Shown piece after piece: positions 45,100 to 58,389 of a DNA stretch of 64,000 nt; within the stretch, counting starts at the first letter, position 1, and each line of letters opens with the position of its first letter. Source of the stretch: the human T2T-CHM13v2.0 reference genome, Homo sapiens; the NCBI RefSeq assembly GCF_009914755.1, contig NC_060932.1, one strand, 5' to 3'. The position numbers and the translations under genes are program-made. The notes below the pieces were generated by a model. The model searched no databases and was not told the origin of the DNA. It worked only from the letters and a program-made list of their open reading frames with translations.

Positions 45100-47430
45100 C
45101 AAAAATATCTCATTTTCTTGCATTTCACTTTATTGTGCTTCACAGATATTGCAGAATTCTTGCTGGGGGTGAGGTGGGAGGAAGGTTGTTGTTTTATATA
45201 TTGAAGGTTTCTGGCAACCTTACGTCAAGTCTATTGGCACCATTCTTCCAACAGCATGAGCTCCCTTCTTCTGTCACATTTTGGTAATGCTTGCAATATT
45301 TAAAATTTTTCATTATTATTAATCTGTTATGGTGATCTGTGTTCAGTGATCTTTGATGTTACTTTTGTAATTGTTTTGGGGCACCAAAAACTGCACCCAC
45401 ATAAGATGGCAAACTTGACCAATCAATGTTGTGTGTTCTGACTGCTCCACTAACTGTTGCCATCTCTCTCACTCTCTCCTCAGGCCTCCCTATGCCCTGT
45501 GGTACAACAATATTGAAATTAAGACAATTAGTAACCCTACAGTGGCCTCTAAGTATTCAAGAGGAGGAGTCCTATATCTCTCACTTTAAATAAAAAACTA
45601 GACGTGATTAAGCTTAGTGAGCAGGGCATGTTAAAAGCCAAGATAGGTCAAAAGCTAGGCCCCTCAAGTTGTGAATGCAAAGGAAAAGTTCTTGAAGAAC
45701 ATTAAAAGTGCTATTCTAGTGAAAACACAGATAGGTGAAACAGCCATATTACCGATGTGGAGAAAGTTTTAGAAGTCTGGATAGAAGAATAAACCAGCCA
45801 GAACATTCCTTTAAGCCAAAGCCTAATCCAGAGCAAGATCCTAACTCTCTTTAACTCTACAAAGACTGAGAGAGATGAGGAAGCTGCAGAAGTTAAATTT
45901 GAAGCTAGCAGAGGTTGGTTCATGAGGTTTAAGGAAAGAAGTCATCTCCATAACATGAAAGTGCAAAGTGAAACAGTAAGTATTGATGTAGAAGCTACAG
46001 CAAGTTGTCTAGAAGATTTAATGAAGAAATGAAGGTGGCTACACTAAAAAACAGATTTTTAAATGTAGATTAAAAAGCCTGCTACTGGGAGAAGATGCCA
46101 CCCAGGATTTTCATAGCTAGAGAGATGTGAATGTCTAACTTCAAAGAACAGGCTGACTCTCTTGTTAGGGGCTAATGCAGCCAGTGATTTGAAGTGGAGG
46201 CCAATGCTCATTTACACCTTGAAAATCTTATGGCCCTTAAAAATTATACTAGCTCTACTCTGCCTGTGCTCTATAAGTGGAATAACAAAACCTCCATGAC
46301 AGCACACCTGTTTACAGCATGGTTTACTGAAGGTTTTAAGCCCGCTGTTGAGACCTACTACTCATTGACAATGCACCTGGGTCAACCAAGAGCTCTGATG
46401 GAGATGTACAAGGAGATTAATGTTTTCATGCCTGCTAACACAAGATCCATTATGTAGCCAGTGGATCAAGGAGTAATTTCAACTTTCAAGTCTTATTATT
46501 TAATAAATATTTCATAAGGCTACAGCTGCCATATATAGTGATTCCTCTAATGAATCTGGGAAAAGTAAATTGAAAACCTCCAGGAAAGGGTTCACCCTTC
46601 TAGACGCCATTAAAAACATTAGTGATTCATGGGAGAAGGTCAAAATATCAACATTATCAGGAGTTAAGTAGATTCCAGCCCTCATGTATAACTTCAGGGG
46701 TTCAAAACTTCAGTGGAGTGAGTAATTGCAGACATGGTAGAAATGGCAAGAGAACTAGATGGAGAAGTGAAGCCTGAAGATGTGACTGAATTGCTACAAT
46801 TTCATGATAAAACTTGAATGGATGAGGAGTTGCTTCTTATGGATAAGCAAAGAAAGTGTTTCTTGAGATGGAATCTACTCCTGGTGAGAATGCTATAAAC
46901 ATCACGGAAACAACAACAGATGATTTAGAATATTACATAAATGTAGTTGATTAATTAAAGCAGTGGCAAGGTTTGACAGGATTGACTCCGATTCTAAAAG
47001 AAATGCTACTATGGATAAGACATTATCAAACAGCAACACAATGCTACAGATAAACATTTCATTAAAGGAAGAGTCCATCAATGTGGCAAACATTGTTGTC
47101 TTCTTTTAAAAAAACTGCCACCAGCACCCCAACCTTCAGCAACCACCACACTGATCAGTCAGCTGCCATCAACATCAAAGCAAGACCCTCTACCAGCAAA
47201 CAGATTATGATTCAGTGAAGGCTCAGATGATTGTTAGTGGGTTTTTTTTTTTAGCAATAAAGTACTTTTTAATTAAAGAATGTACATTGTTTATTTCGAC
47301 ATAAGGCTATTGGCTACTTAATAGACTACAGCACAGTGTAAACATATGCACGAAGAAACCAAAAATTTGTGTGACTCACTTTACTGTGGTGGTCTGAAAC
47401 ACAACCCACATTATCTCTGAAGTATGCCTG
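45100..47430 (+). mobile_element. Near full-length Tigger1 (pogo-like Tc1/mariner) DNA transposon with a dead transposase
   Basis: TA-flanked; decayed left end caaaaatatctcatttt...ctttattgtgcttcacagatattgc; right TIR agtatgcctg|ta; transposase remnants (gaagctagcagaggttggtt; [18 protein letters not shown]). Confidence 0.95.
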
Positions 47431-47779
47431 TATTTATATTATCAGTACCTAGGAAGTTATTTGATAAATGCTTTGCTAAGTGTCTAGTAGACATCACAAA
47501 TTAGTATCCACATTTTGAACGGCTTAAATAATTAAATCAGTAGATCAGTCTTCTAGTGTATATGACAACAAAACAAACACAAGGCTAGATTGAATCATTT
47601 TTCCTGACATTTCCATTTATTCTCTCTTTCACTATGCTCTGTATTTTACAGGTTCCTAGATCAGTGATTCTCATCTTCATATATTACCACAACACTTTAA
47701 TAATCTGGAAAACTAATTAGAAATTACAAGTTCTAATACCTCCCCCTTTTACTTGCAGCAATTCCTCACTACTTAATAG

Positions 47780-48005
47780 TAATATTAATTCCCAGTAATT
47801 GAGAATATACTACATGCCATACTGTTTAAAATGCTTGTTTTAGAGGTATTAACTCATTTAGTATTCATAACCATCTTATGAGTTCAATTATACAGGGGGT
47901 GAAAATGAAGCACAGAGAATTCCATATCTTACCCAACGTCACCCAGCTACTAAGTAGTAAATCCAGGATTCCAACCCAGGCAATCTGGCTTTAGTGCTTA
48001 GAATA
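47780..48005 (-). mobile_element. MIR
   Basis: tacagggggtgaaaatgaagcacagaga...cccaacgtcacccagcta...ggattccaacccaggcaatctggct. Confidence 0.8.
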
Positions 48006-48236
48006 AAAGAATGCTTAAAGTGTATTTTCATAAATATATATATGAATTTAAAAAAGGAAAACAATATTTGAAAGGTGGTTTGTCTTAAGGTACCTTTCAA
48101 AAGGGAAAACAAAGCCAGATAATGAACAGGCCCCCACCCATCCAGCCTCCACTCTAGGCTGGCCTCAACTCTGTCTCTTCCCATCAACCTTAGGAGCATC
48201 CCAGTGACAACTGAGCTGTCAAGCACATGTATGCTT

Positions 48237-48584
48237 TGTTATAGACCAGATGCTTGTGTCCCCTAAGTTCACATTCTTAAGACCTAACCCCGAATGTGAT
48301 GGTATCTGAAGGTAGGTAAATCAGGTCATGAAGGTAGATCTCTCATGAATGGGATTAGTGCCCTTAGAAGAAGAGGCCAGAGAGTTAGTTAGTGGTCTTT
48401 CTGCCATGTGAGGATACAATGAGAAGTTGGCAGTCTACAAACCAAGATGTCCCTCACCAGAGAATGACCATGCTGGCACCCCAATTTTGGACTCCTGTGC
48501 CTCCAGAATTGTAAGAAATAAGTTTCTGCTGCTTACAAGCCACCTAGTCTATGGTACTTTGTTATAGTAGCCTGAATAAAGACA
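48237..48584 (+). mobile_element. MaLR solo LTR MLT1A-like
   Basis: tgttatagac...gtcccc...atgaatgggattagtgccctt...taaagaca; TSD tgctt/tcctt. Confidence 0.88.
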
Positions 48585-49049
48585 TCCTTTCTCACTGTCA
48601 AATAATAAATAGTATAATCAAGGGGTTAATCAAGAAAAATAATACTAAACACCCATTTCTAGAAGGCTCTGAGAAATAGGAAAATAGATAAGGTTGAAGT
48701 CCTCGAAAAGCAACCAACCAGAAGGTTGTATAAACAGGCATTAAAATAGCTACATTAACAGACAGTGTGTTATAAATATTGAAAATCCCTTTTTTAATCC
48801 ATGAACTTCTCCACTGAAGGCATCTAGACTGGGTCTTACAGGCTAGACTTCAAAATCAGAAGGGAGATGAAGAGAAAGAAAGACACTTTAGACAAGAAAA
48901 AAAACATGAACGCAAAAGGTACAGGGGGAAAAAACCCAAGGCAGGCTTCGGAATAGTAAGTGCTGCTGTTCAGCCAATGCCCAGAGTAAATCCCCGATGG
49001 TCTCAGAAAAAAAGTTGTAGATTGGGTCCAGACCAGGCAGAACATGAAA

Positions 49050-50940
49050 TATCACACTGAAAATGAGAACTATCTTCCAGGCACTGAAAAGATCCAAAAT
49101 CTGAGCAAGAGAACAACATGACCAAAGAGTAATCAGATGATGACTAATGTGGTTTGAGGTGTAAAACTAATGGAGGAAGGGGGCTGACAAATACAGAGGA
49201 AAATTAGTTACGAGACTTTTGCAATAATCATGGCTAAAATATTGATCTGGGCAGGAGTGCTGATAATGTGAAATTTGGCAAAGGGTGGATTTGATTCCTC
49301 ATGAACCAAAACATAGCAGGTGTTGGTAACAGATGGGGTGTGGAGGTCTAAAACAGAATATTTGAAGATGTCAAATTGCCAACCTGTAGAAAAGAACTGA
49401 GGTATCACTCAAATCAACAGCAAATTCAAATGTTGAGCAAAACAGTAATTTGGAGACATGGGTTTTTACATTTGTTTAGTTTTGTCTGGGGCAGGGTGTA
49501 CAGAAAAGAAATCAATTTAGGACTAGTTGGCCAAGTACATTGAGCTTTCCAGCATCAAAGGAAAATGCGGGGCTTGTCTAGAGAGATTTGAAAGTTAAGC
49601 AATTGAGAAGGAGATCCCTGAAATGTGAACAAAAATCAGGTTTTTTCTCCTCACAACATTTTAGAAAGAGCTAAAACAAAAAGTGGCAAAAAAAAAAAAA
49701 AAAAAAGAAGAGCCCTATGATGATAATAATTTCTCCCTTAAGTAATTGGACAAAGAAAAGAATGGTAAGAGCAAATATGCTGCGTTTTAAGGGCTGTAGA
49801 GTCAAAGGACATTTTTATTTAATGTATGACATTAAGAATACCTAAAACTCTTTGAAAACAAAAAAGCAGATGGTGCTGGGGAATGAGAGAAGATACACAT
49901 GGAAGAGATCATATCCAAGAACAAGGTTTAGAAGAGAAATTGAGACCAACAGCAAAAGCAACAGGCCCCACCTTCATCTGAAATAGGAAGAAAAAAATAA
50001 ATTTAGAAGAATTGATGAATAAAGCAGCTTTTAAGAAGACAGTGGGTTATGCCAACAGCAAATTGCAAGTGTGGTGGGAATGAGAGAAAAGATTAGTGGG
50101 CTTTCAGTGAACATCTTTAATCTTATTAGTAAATTAAGTGACAGGGTTGTTATCAGAGTGATAAAAGACACCATAGAATAAAGATCAATACTACAGAAAA
50201 CCATTTGGAAGAGTCACTATTGGGGAAATGCAATAAAGAGTCCAAAACCAATGATGGAAAAAGAGGCTCCAAGGAGAGTAAATCCCAACTGAGACCAAAA
50301 AGCACATTAAACCTCCCTAGGCAGCAGGGGGTTGGCATCACAACAGGTCAAAGGGGAAGGGAGTAGGATAATAAAGATGGCAGCCTGGAAGATGACCATG
50401 GGTCCATTTAGAATCCTGGGTCTACCAATATCTAACAGTGTTTAAAAAAATAGTAAAAATAATAAATAACCAGAATGAAATTCAAGGACCTGTAGTTACA
50501 ACAAGGCCAAAGAACAAGTGCATCTAAGTGATGGTAAGGAACAGTTCAGCAATGTAAATTGTATTCAAGAGGAGACACAAATTTCAGAATTGAGAGATTG
50601 AAGGGTCTCAAGGTCACTTCGTCAGGTAATTGAGAAGAAAAGAAAATCAAGGACAAGCTCTCCTGAGTCACCCACATGGTACCTACTGGTGCTGAGTTTA
50701 AAGAAACCCTATTGAGCTAAGGGTGAGGAAGTTAAAGGAGGATCATGAAGGAAGACCCCAAAGGTCTGTGGACTGGTGATAACGTGGGGGAAGACAGCAT
50801 GAATGAATGCAGTAGACTACAAAGGAGACTGTCCAATAATGACAGTAGGAAATAACAACTAAGCAGGGCTACAGAGTAATGAGAAGCAGCCCTTCCCTTC
50901 AAGGAAATCCGGAGATATGAGATGAGCAGTCTTCACAAGA
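49050..50940 (-). mobile_element. Long degraded L2 relic
   Basis: Purine-rich L2-like phrases such as gagacttttgcaataatcatggc and aatttcagaattgagag. Confidence 0.5.
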
Positions 50941-50969
50941 GGAAGATTCCAGAAAAGAGTCATGATTAC

Positions 50970-51059
50970 CTGCAACCCAAGTCTCATTACAGCTCAATAC
51001 CCGTGCCGTGCTCATTAACTGCCAAGTTAATTAGAATGGCAATAAGATGGATGAACTAG
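50970..51059 (-). other. Candidate spliced non-coding exon (90 nt)
   Basis: Acceptor cttcaattcttttttttacag|CT and donor CAG|gtaatc. Unique sequence with two CpGs; stops in all three frames. Confidence 0.55.
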
Positions 51060-52715
51060 CTGTAAAAAAAAGAATTGAAGCAACTTTGTGATTAACATAG
51101 CTGACAGCTAGGGAACCCAAATGACAAAGTGGGGAGCTTGGAGAAGTAAGGAGCCAATGAGTGCTTCAGGAGGATTCACTAACGGTAAGTGCAGTATGGC
51201 TTTACGGCTGGGGCAACAATGGCCCAACAATGAAGGGTCACAGATGAAGGATGCATGAAACTGGCAGATGAGCAAGCAGCACAAAACTGGGAAACTGGGA
51301 ATCAAAGGCTTTGTTTGGAGTCAGGCCCAGCTTTAGACCCTCCTTCCTTCACATGATAGCTGTAAGAGCTTCTCACCTCACATCTTTGCTCCTTTAACCC
51401 CTTGCCTATGAGCTTCATACTCCATATCAACCACATACTGCTGTTGCAAGGAGCAAATGAAATAAACACTTATAAAGGACACGGCTAAAACATCCTGAGT
51501 ATACAAAAAAAACAACAAAAATAAACAGTTGTATTACTATTGGATGGGGAAGAGGCATTAAATAGCCTCAGATAAAGGCTGTGAAACTGCAAACAGCCTC
51601 AGGCAGTTTGTGAGTGAGGAAGAGTGGAAGATAAGAGCAATTATGGAACAGCAAGTGCCTTGATAAATGGGGCTTTTAAACCTTAAGGGTAAGTGTACTC
51701 AATTTGTAGCGGGAAGTTTGTTTTGATTAAAATACTTGCTCTGTTTACATAGAATGTTAATGTTTTGTCACTTTAAAATCCTGCATGTTTTTTAGTACAA
51801 GCCTCAGAGAGATAAAAGCAGGAACAACAACTCAGTGAGAGGCACTGGTCTGCCCATATAGAGACCTCCATTGTGGTCTTTCTGGGTCTGGCAAGGTAAA
51901 GGATTACATTTCATCTGTTTTATTTCTCTAACAGTGTCAAAGAAGTCATACTTGGTTCATACTAAGGAACAAAAGAGAAATTATTTTTAAAATTGTGTCT
52001 ACTCTTTTGCTAAGTTGCTACAGAATGGTTAATTTGGTTCTATTTTTTTACTCATATACTTTGGGGGAAAAAAGTATCTTGGAAAAAAAAAAAGATAGTC
52101 TTAGCACCTCTCGTCCTGAGGCATGCCAACATTCTCTCATTCCATGTTTAATTTGAAAGAAAATTAAAGAGATACCCATGGCAACTTGGCTGAACTTTAC
52201 AACTGTGATAGCCAGGCAAGAAGCAAAGGAATGTAAAAGTTCTGCAGGCTGGTTCTGGCTGTCCGAGCAGGGATGAGGAAAGGAAAGAAGTCTCTGGGAG
52301 GCAAGAACAGTGAAATGAAAGAGTTACTTGTGCAAAACATTGTCTTAATGACCAGGAATTATTATCAAACTCAGCTTTAGAAATAAGTTTTTAAAAACCT
52401 CAGTTTTCTACTTTTAAAAAAAAAGTCAATACAAAAGCAATGTTTTTACTGGCTTATAAATAATAATAGTAATACTAATCACTTCTAGCACAATGCCTGA
52501 TACCCAGTAGGGTCTTAATAGATTTTTTGTTCTATGAATCCAAGCTCCATGAAAAGCTTATTAGGTCCCAATGGTTATGCCACTATCCTACCTAAAGTGG
52601 GTTTACAGTCAAAATATCACTGATTCTGTTGTCTGAAAAAAAAAAAAAGAAAAGCTAAGTGCATTTATTTAGGAAGTGATCAGGATGGGAAGAAGTCTTT
52701 TCTGGGGAGAGGTTT

Positions 52716-53897
52716 TGTGTTTTTTTGTAATTATTTTATGTTCAGGGGATACACACGCAGGTTTGTTATATGCATATATTGTATGATGCTGATGTTTGGG
52801 GTACAAATAATCCCATCACACAGGTAGTGAGCATAGTACCCAACAGGTAATTTTTCAATTACCCCCCTCTCTGTGCACTCTCAGAGTCCCATCTTCATTT
52901 CCATGTGTACCCAATATTCTCACTTTTAAGTAAGAACATGCAGTATTTGGTTTTCTGTCTCTGCATTAACTCGCATAGGATAACAGCCTAAAGCTGCGTC
53001 CATATTCCTGCAAAGGACATTATTTTATTCCTTTTTATGGCTGTGTAGTATTACCTGGTATATATGTACCATATTTTCTTTATTCAATTCACCATTGATG
53101 GGCATCTAGATTGATTCCATGTCTTTGCTATTGTGAGCAGTGCTGCAATGAACATACATGTGCATGTGTCTTTTTTGTAGTTATTTTTCTTTGGGTATAT
53201 ACGTGGTAATGATATTGTTGGGTCAAATGATAGTTCTGTTTTAAGCTATTTGAGAAATCTCCAAACTGCTTTCCACAGTGGCTAAACTAATTTACACTCC
53301 CATCAGTGTAGAAGCGTTCCCTACTAAATAAATGATGCTGGATAGCTGGTTAGCTATATGCAGAAGGATGAAACTGGACCCCCTACCTTTCACCGTATAC
53401 AAAAGTTAACTCAAGATAGATTAAAGCTTTAAATGTAAGACCTTAAACTGTAAGAATCCTCGAAGAACCTAGGAAATACTGTTCTGGACATCAGCCTTGG
53501 CAAAGAATTTATGACTAAGGCCTCAAAAGCAATTGTAATAAAAACAAAAATTGACCAGTAGGACCTAATTAAACTAAACAGCCTCTGCAGAGAAAAAGAC
53601 ACTATCAACAGAGTAAACACACAGCCTACAGAATGGGAGAAAATACTCACAAACAACATATCTGACAAAGGCCTAATATCTAGAATCTATGAGGAACTTA
53701 AACAATTTAACAAGAAAAAACAAATAACTCCATTAAAAAATGGGCAAAGGATATGAACAGACACTTCTCAAAAGAAGACATAAGCGGCCAACATGAAAAA
53801 ATGCTCCCTATCACTCATCATCAGAGAAATATAAATTAAAACCACAAAGAGATACCATCTCACATCAGTCAGAATGGCTATGACCCAAAAGTCAAAA
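52716..53897 (-). mobile_element. Older primate L1 (L1PA15-17/L1PB-like) with 5' inversion
   Basis: Reverse 3' end at 52716-53322 joined to a forward ORF2 piece at 53318-53897. Confidence 0.92.
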
Positions 53898-56015
53898 TTC
53901 CTGTATAGGTCAAGAAATAACATTAATGTTTTTATTAGACCATTTTTATTAAAATACATTAGTCCATGTATTAGACACTTGGGCTCAAAATTCAAACATT
54001 CGGAGAACATTAGTTCCTTTCTCTGTTTATTATATAATATGATACATTCAGGAGTATAAAGAAGTATGTTTCATTCACTATCCACAAATACTGAAACTCA
54101 CAAATATTACAACATTTTTGTTGGGAGGGCAGATATGTCTGAGCCATATGTAGCTGCAACACAAGGTTAACTGAGTAATGTTCACCTTTTCTGGACATTA
54201 AAAGATAGCCATCTTGTCTGTATATGTTATACTGATACATACATCTGAAAAGACTTACATTAGTGTGTTGCAGGGGAAAACATGTGAACAATTTGCTAAC
54301 TGTTTACTGCATTCAGCCTGCCACAGAGTCGACACTCCGGAATATATCTCCAACCACCTATATGGTTGGAATTAAACTGTGTAATATAAAACATAGCTAC
54401 TTTTTAGGTCTTTTCCTTTTTACCTTGTCAACTTTATTCACTGAATTGGAGAATCTCTACATCTCAGGCATACATAAGTAAATATTCAATAAAACATGAG
54501 ACACCTCTTAGAGAGCCAAAAAGCCAAGACAGGTATTGTTAAATGCTAAATGACCCAGTACTACTCCAGACAATGCAAATGATAGCTGCTGCTGCTTGAA
54601 TAAGGCTTGCCCGCACACATTTCCGAGTATGGAAACCATTTGTTAATGAGCAGCTATAATTTAGGCCTACGGCTTTATGAAAAGAAAACGTTTATACATT
54701 TGCAGAACAGTGTAATAAGATTTCACAAATGCAAAGATAAAATGTGCTATCATTTATCTTGGCTTATAATATCTGGGGTTTGATTGCCTTGTGAAATGTC
54801 CAAATCAAGAACAATTATAGATTTTTCTCACACCACATACACCATGAAACATTTAACAAGTACTTCTTTTAGACTATTCAAAAGATTAGAAAGAAAATTA
54901 TGTATTCAGTGGTAGACTAAACCATTAAGATGTGAATATGATATGATATAAAGGGGAAAAATAAAGAGAACTAAGACTAGCAAAGAAAATGGTCACTGAC
55001 CATTTTCTTAAACCATTCGTTTAGGGAAAGAATAATCTTGTAACATATCAGGCTATGCAAACTTTTTTCTTGGGCTGAAATTGGGCACCTTGAAACAAAA
55101 GCATCATTTGCAAACAAACAAACAAAAAAAACTGCTCTATTAACTACACAGGCACACCCGTGGTTTGAAACAGTGCATGCTTCAAGTCTATAATTCAAGT
55201 CATATCAGGGTATGCAATTTTGCCAAGTTACACATGAAATAAACAAGAATTTAAATATTCACCCTATTAATTCCCCCTCCCAACACAATTGTTAAGGGCA
55301 ATTCACAGTACAGGTTTTCTACAAATAAAATAAACCATTCAGTTGTGCAGGCAAAACACCTTTTACCCAGTCAGAAGATATAACTGAAAAAATAAATATA
55401 TATAGTAATCATTCCCAAGGACAATAGTTGATTCCAAGTATCTGAAGTGGGAAAAAGTCAAGAAAGGTTAAAGAGAGAGAAAGGAGAAAATCATAAAAAT
55501 GAGCCTAGAAGCTCCATGAGTCAGAAGCAGAAAGTAGCACGTAGAGGCATGAGTGGTAAGCAGGGCTGAGCTGCCAGAAAGCCATTTCCTTGCCAGTGGT
55601 CACTCCAAAGATGCAGGACGAGCAATTGGTAATATTTTTATCACCTTCCTGCTCTTCATTATAATACTTGTTATCAGTATTATCCAGGATATGAAGTATT
55701 ATTAGTGAATGCAACATTTAATCATGTAACAGAAGACATTACTCAAAGCTTTCAATCCTGTTACACATATTTAAGCAATTCTTAATCCTTCATATGTCAG
55801 AGGCCATGCCTAGTATATGCAAGGAAACTCTGGGGATTTTGTGACTTCGTGTCTTGAAAGAAGTGCTATCTTGTGATAATGATGAAGAATTGGCACACTT
55901 GACCATATATGCTCTTCAAAATACCTTAGGAAAATTATTTTTTAACAAAATTAAAGTTGTAGAAAGAGATGCTCAGGAAAATTCTTGAAAGGCTGCTGAG
56001 CAGTGCTTCTATTCA

Positions 56016-56414
<399 letters not shown>

Positions 56415-56489
56415 TTAAGAGATTGACACAAATAATTTTTCTCTATTCTTTAGAGAACAAATTATGTTAAATAATCCTGCAGAAGATAA

Positions 56490-56680
56490 TTAACAGAACT
56501 TTTTGCCTTTATTATGTGCTAAGTACTATGCCGCGTGCTTCTTAGGTATTGCTATTGAATCCTCACAATTATCCTAAGGAGGTAGATACTACTCGCCTTC
56601 ATTTAGCAGGTTGGAAAATTAAGGCCAAGAGAGGTTGAGCAACTTCCTAAAGACACACAGCTGTGACCTAGGATGCTATC
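56490..56680 (-). mobile_element. MIR
   Basis: tgaatcctcacaattatccta...ggaaaattaaggccaagagaggttgagcaacttcctaaagacacacagct. Confidence 0.8.
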
Positions 56681-56974
56681 CAATAAGCACCTTGCCTCTC
56701 ATTATGTGTTTCACATCAGCTTGTAAGAAAGTCATGGGGGACTTTTAAGAAAGCCAACTCCAGAACACTGACAAGGGGGAGTGGAGCTAAGCTGTCAACC
56801 TCTACTGCCCTTTGCATCCCTCACTGAGTTGCACAATAGCATTATAGCTGCAACTAGATAGAACAAAGTCACAAAGTAATCTCGTGATTCTTACCCTCAT
56901 GTATTAAAACCATAGCACTTTAGTAATGTTAAGAAAATTGATGTGTTTCTTAAAGTTCCAACACTTAAAATATT

Positions 56975-57753
56975 CATTTTCTGTGGGATTGGTGGCGATA
57001 TCTCCTTTATCATTTTTTATTGTGTCTATTTGATTCTTCTCTCTTTTCTTTTTAGTCTTGTTAGCGGTCTATCAATTTTGTTGATCTTTTCAAAAAACCC
57101 GCTCCTGGATTCACTGATTTTTTGAAGGGTTTTTTGTGTCTCTATCTCCTTCAGTTCTGCTCTGATCTTAGTTATTTCTTGCCTTCTGCTAGCTTTTGAA
57201 TGTGTTTGCTCTTGCTTCTCTAGTTCTTTTAATTGTGATGTTAGGGTGTCAATTTTAGATCTTTCCTGCTTTCTCTTGTGGGTATTTAGTGCTACAAATT
57301 TCCCTCTACTCACTGCTTTAAATGTGTCCCAGAGATTCTGGTACATTGTGTCTTTGTTCCCATTGGTTTCAAAGAACATCTTTATTTCTGCCTTCATTTC
57401 GTTGTTTAGCCAGTAGTCATTCAGGAGCAAGTTGTTCAGTTTCCGTGTAGTTGTGTGGTTTTGAGTGAATTTCTTAATCCTGAGTTCTAATTTGATTGCA
57501 CTGTGGTCTGAGAGACAGTTTGTTGTGATTTCTGTTCTTTTACATTTGCTGAGAAGTACTTTACTTCTGAGGCCTGTCGGAGGGTGGGGAACTGGGGGAC
57601 GGATAGCATTAGGAGAAATACCTAATGTAAATGATGAGTTGATGGGTGCAGCAAACCAACATGGCACACGTATACCTATGTATCAAACCTGCACGTTCTG
57701 CACATGTACCCTAGAACTTAAAGTATAATAAAAGAATAAAATAAATAAAATAA
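56975..57753 (+). mobile_element. L1PA with an inverted ORF2 segment (56975-57567, minus) fused to the sense 3'UTR end (57567-57753)
   Basis: The minus frame encodes ORF2p [28 protein letters not shown]...INKIDRPL. Then ggcctgtcgg...gaacttaaagtataataaaa follows in sense. Confidence 0.95.
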
Positions 57754-57869
57754 CATCAGCCCAACCACACGATATATTCATTTTCATCTACCTGGAATCT
57801 TAGCTTTCCAAAATGACCCTTGTTTTTTGGCTGGGACTTTTTTTTCTTTTTTTAAAGAATACATGCATC

Positions 57870-58389
57870 TTTTTTAAAAAAAAATTACTTTAGATTCTGG
57901 GATACATGTGCAGAACATGCAGGTTTGTTACATAGGTCTACATGTGCCATGGTGGTTTGCTGCACCTATTAACCCATTATCTAGGTTTTAAGCCCCGCAG
58001 GCATTAGGTATTTGTCCTCATGCTCTCCCTCCCCTTGCCCCCACACTGACAGGCCCCAGTATGTGATGTTCCCCCCTTCCTGTGTCCATGTGTTCTCATT
58101 ATTCAACTCCCACTTATGGGTGAGAACATGCGGTGTTTGGTTTTCTGTTCCTGTGTTAATTTGCTGAGAATGATGGTTTCCAGGTTCATCCATGTCCCTG
58201 CAAAGGACATGAACTCATTCTTTTTTATGGCTACATAGTATTCCATGGTGTATATGTGCCACATTTTCTTTATCCAGTCTGTCATTAATGGGCATGTGGG
58301 TTGGTTCCAAGTCTTTGCTATTGTAAACAGTGCTGCAATAAACATACAACTGCATGTGTCTTTACAGAATGATTTATAATCCTTTGGGC
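57870..58389 (-). mobile_element. 5'-truncated L1PA8-like 3' end
   Basis: Minus ORF MFIAALFTIAKTWNQP...; ctaggttttaagcccc diagnostic. Confidence 0.96.

Noticed and set aside
45100-47430. Tigger1 as a domesticated TIGD-like gene
   Set aside because: The transposase is broken by many stops and frameshifts; the longest ORF is 87 aa.
57026-57667. Longest ORF (213 aa) as a gene
   Set aside because: It is a chimera of antisense L1 3'UTR and an ORF2p fragment across an inversion junction, not a host CDS.
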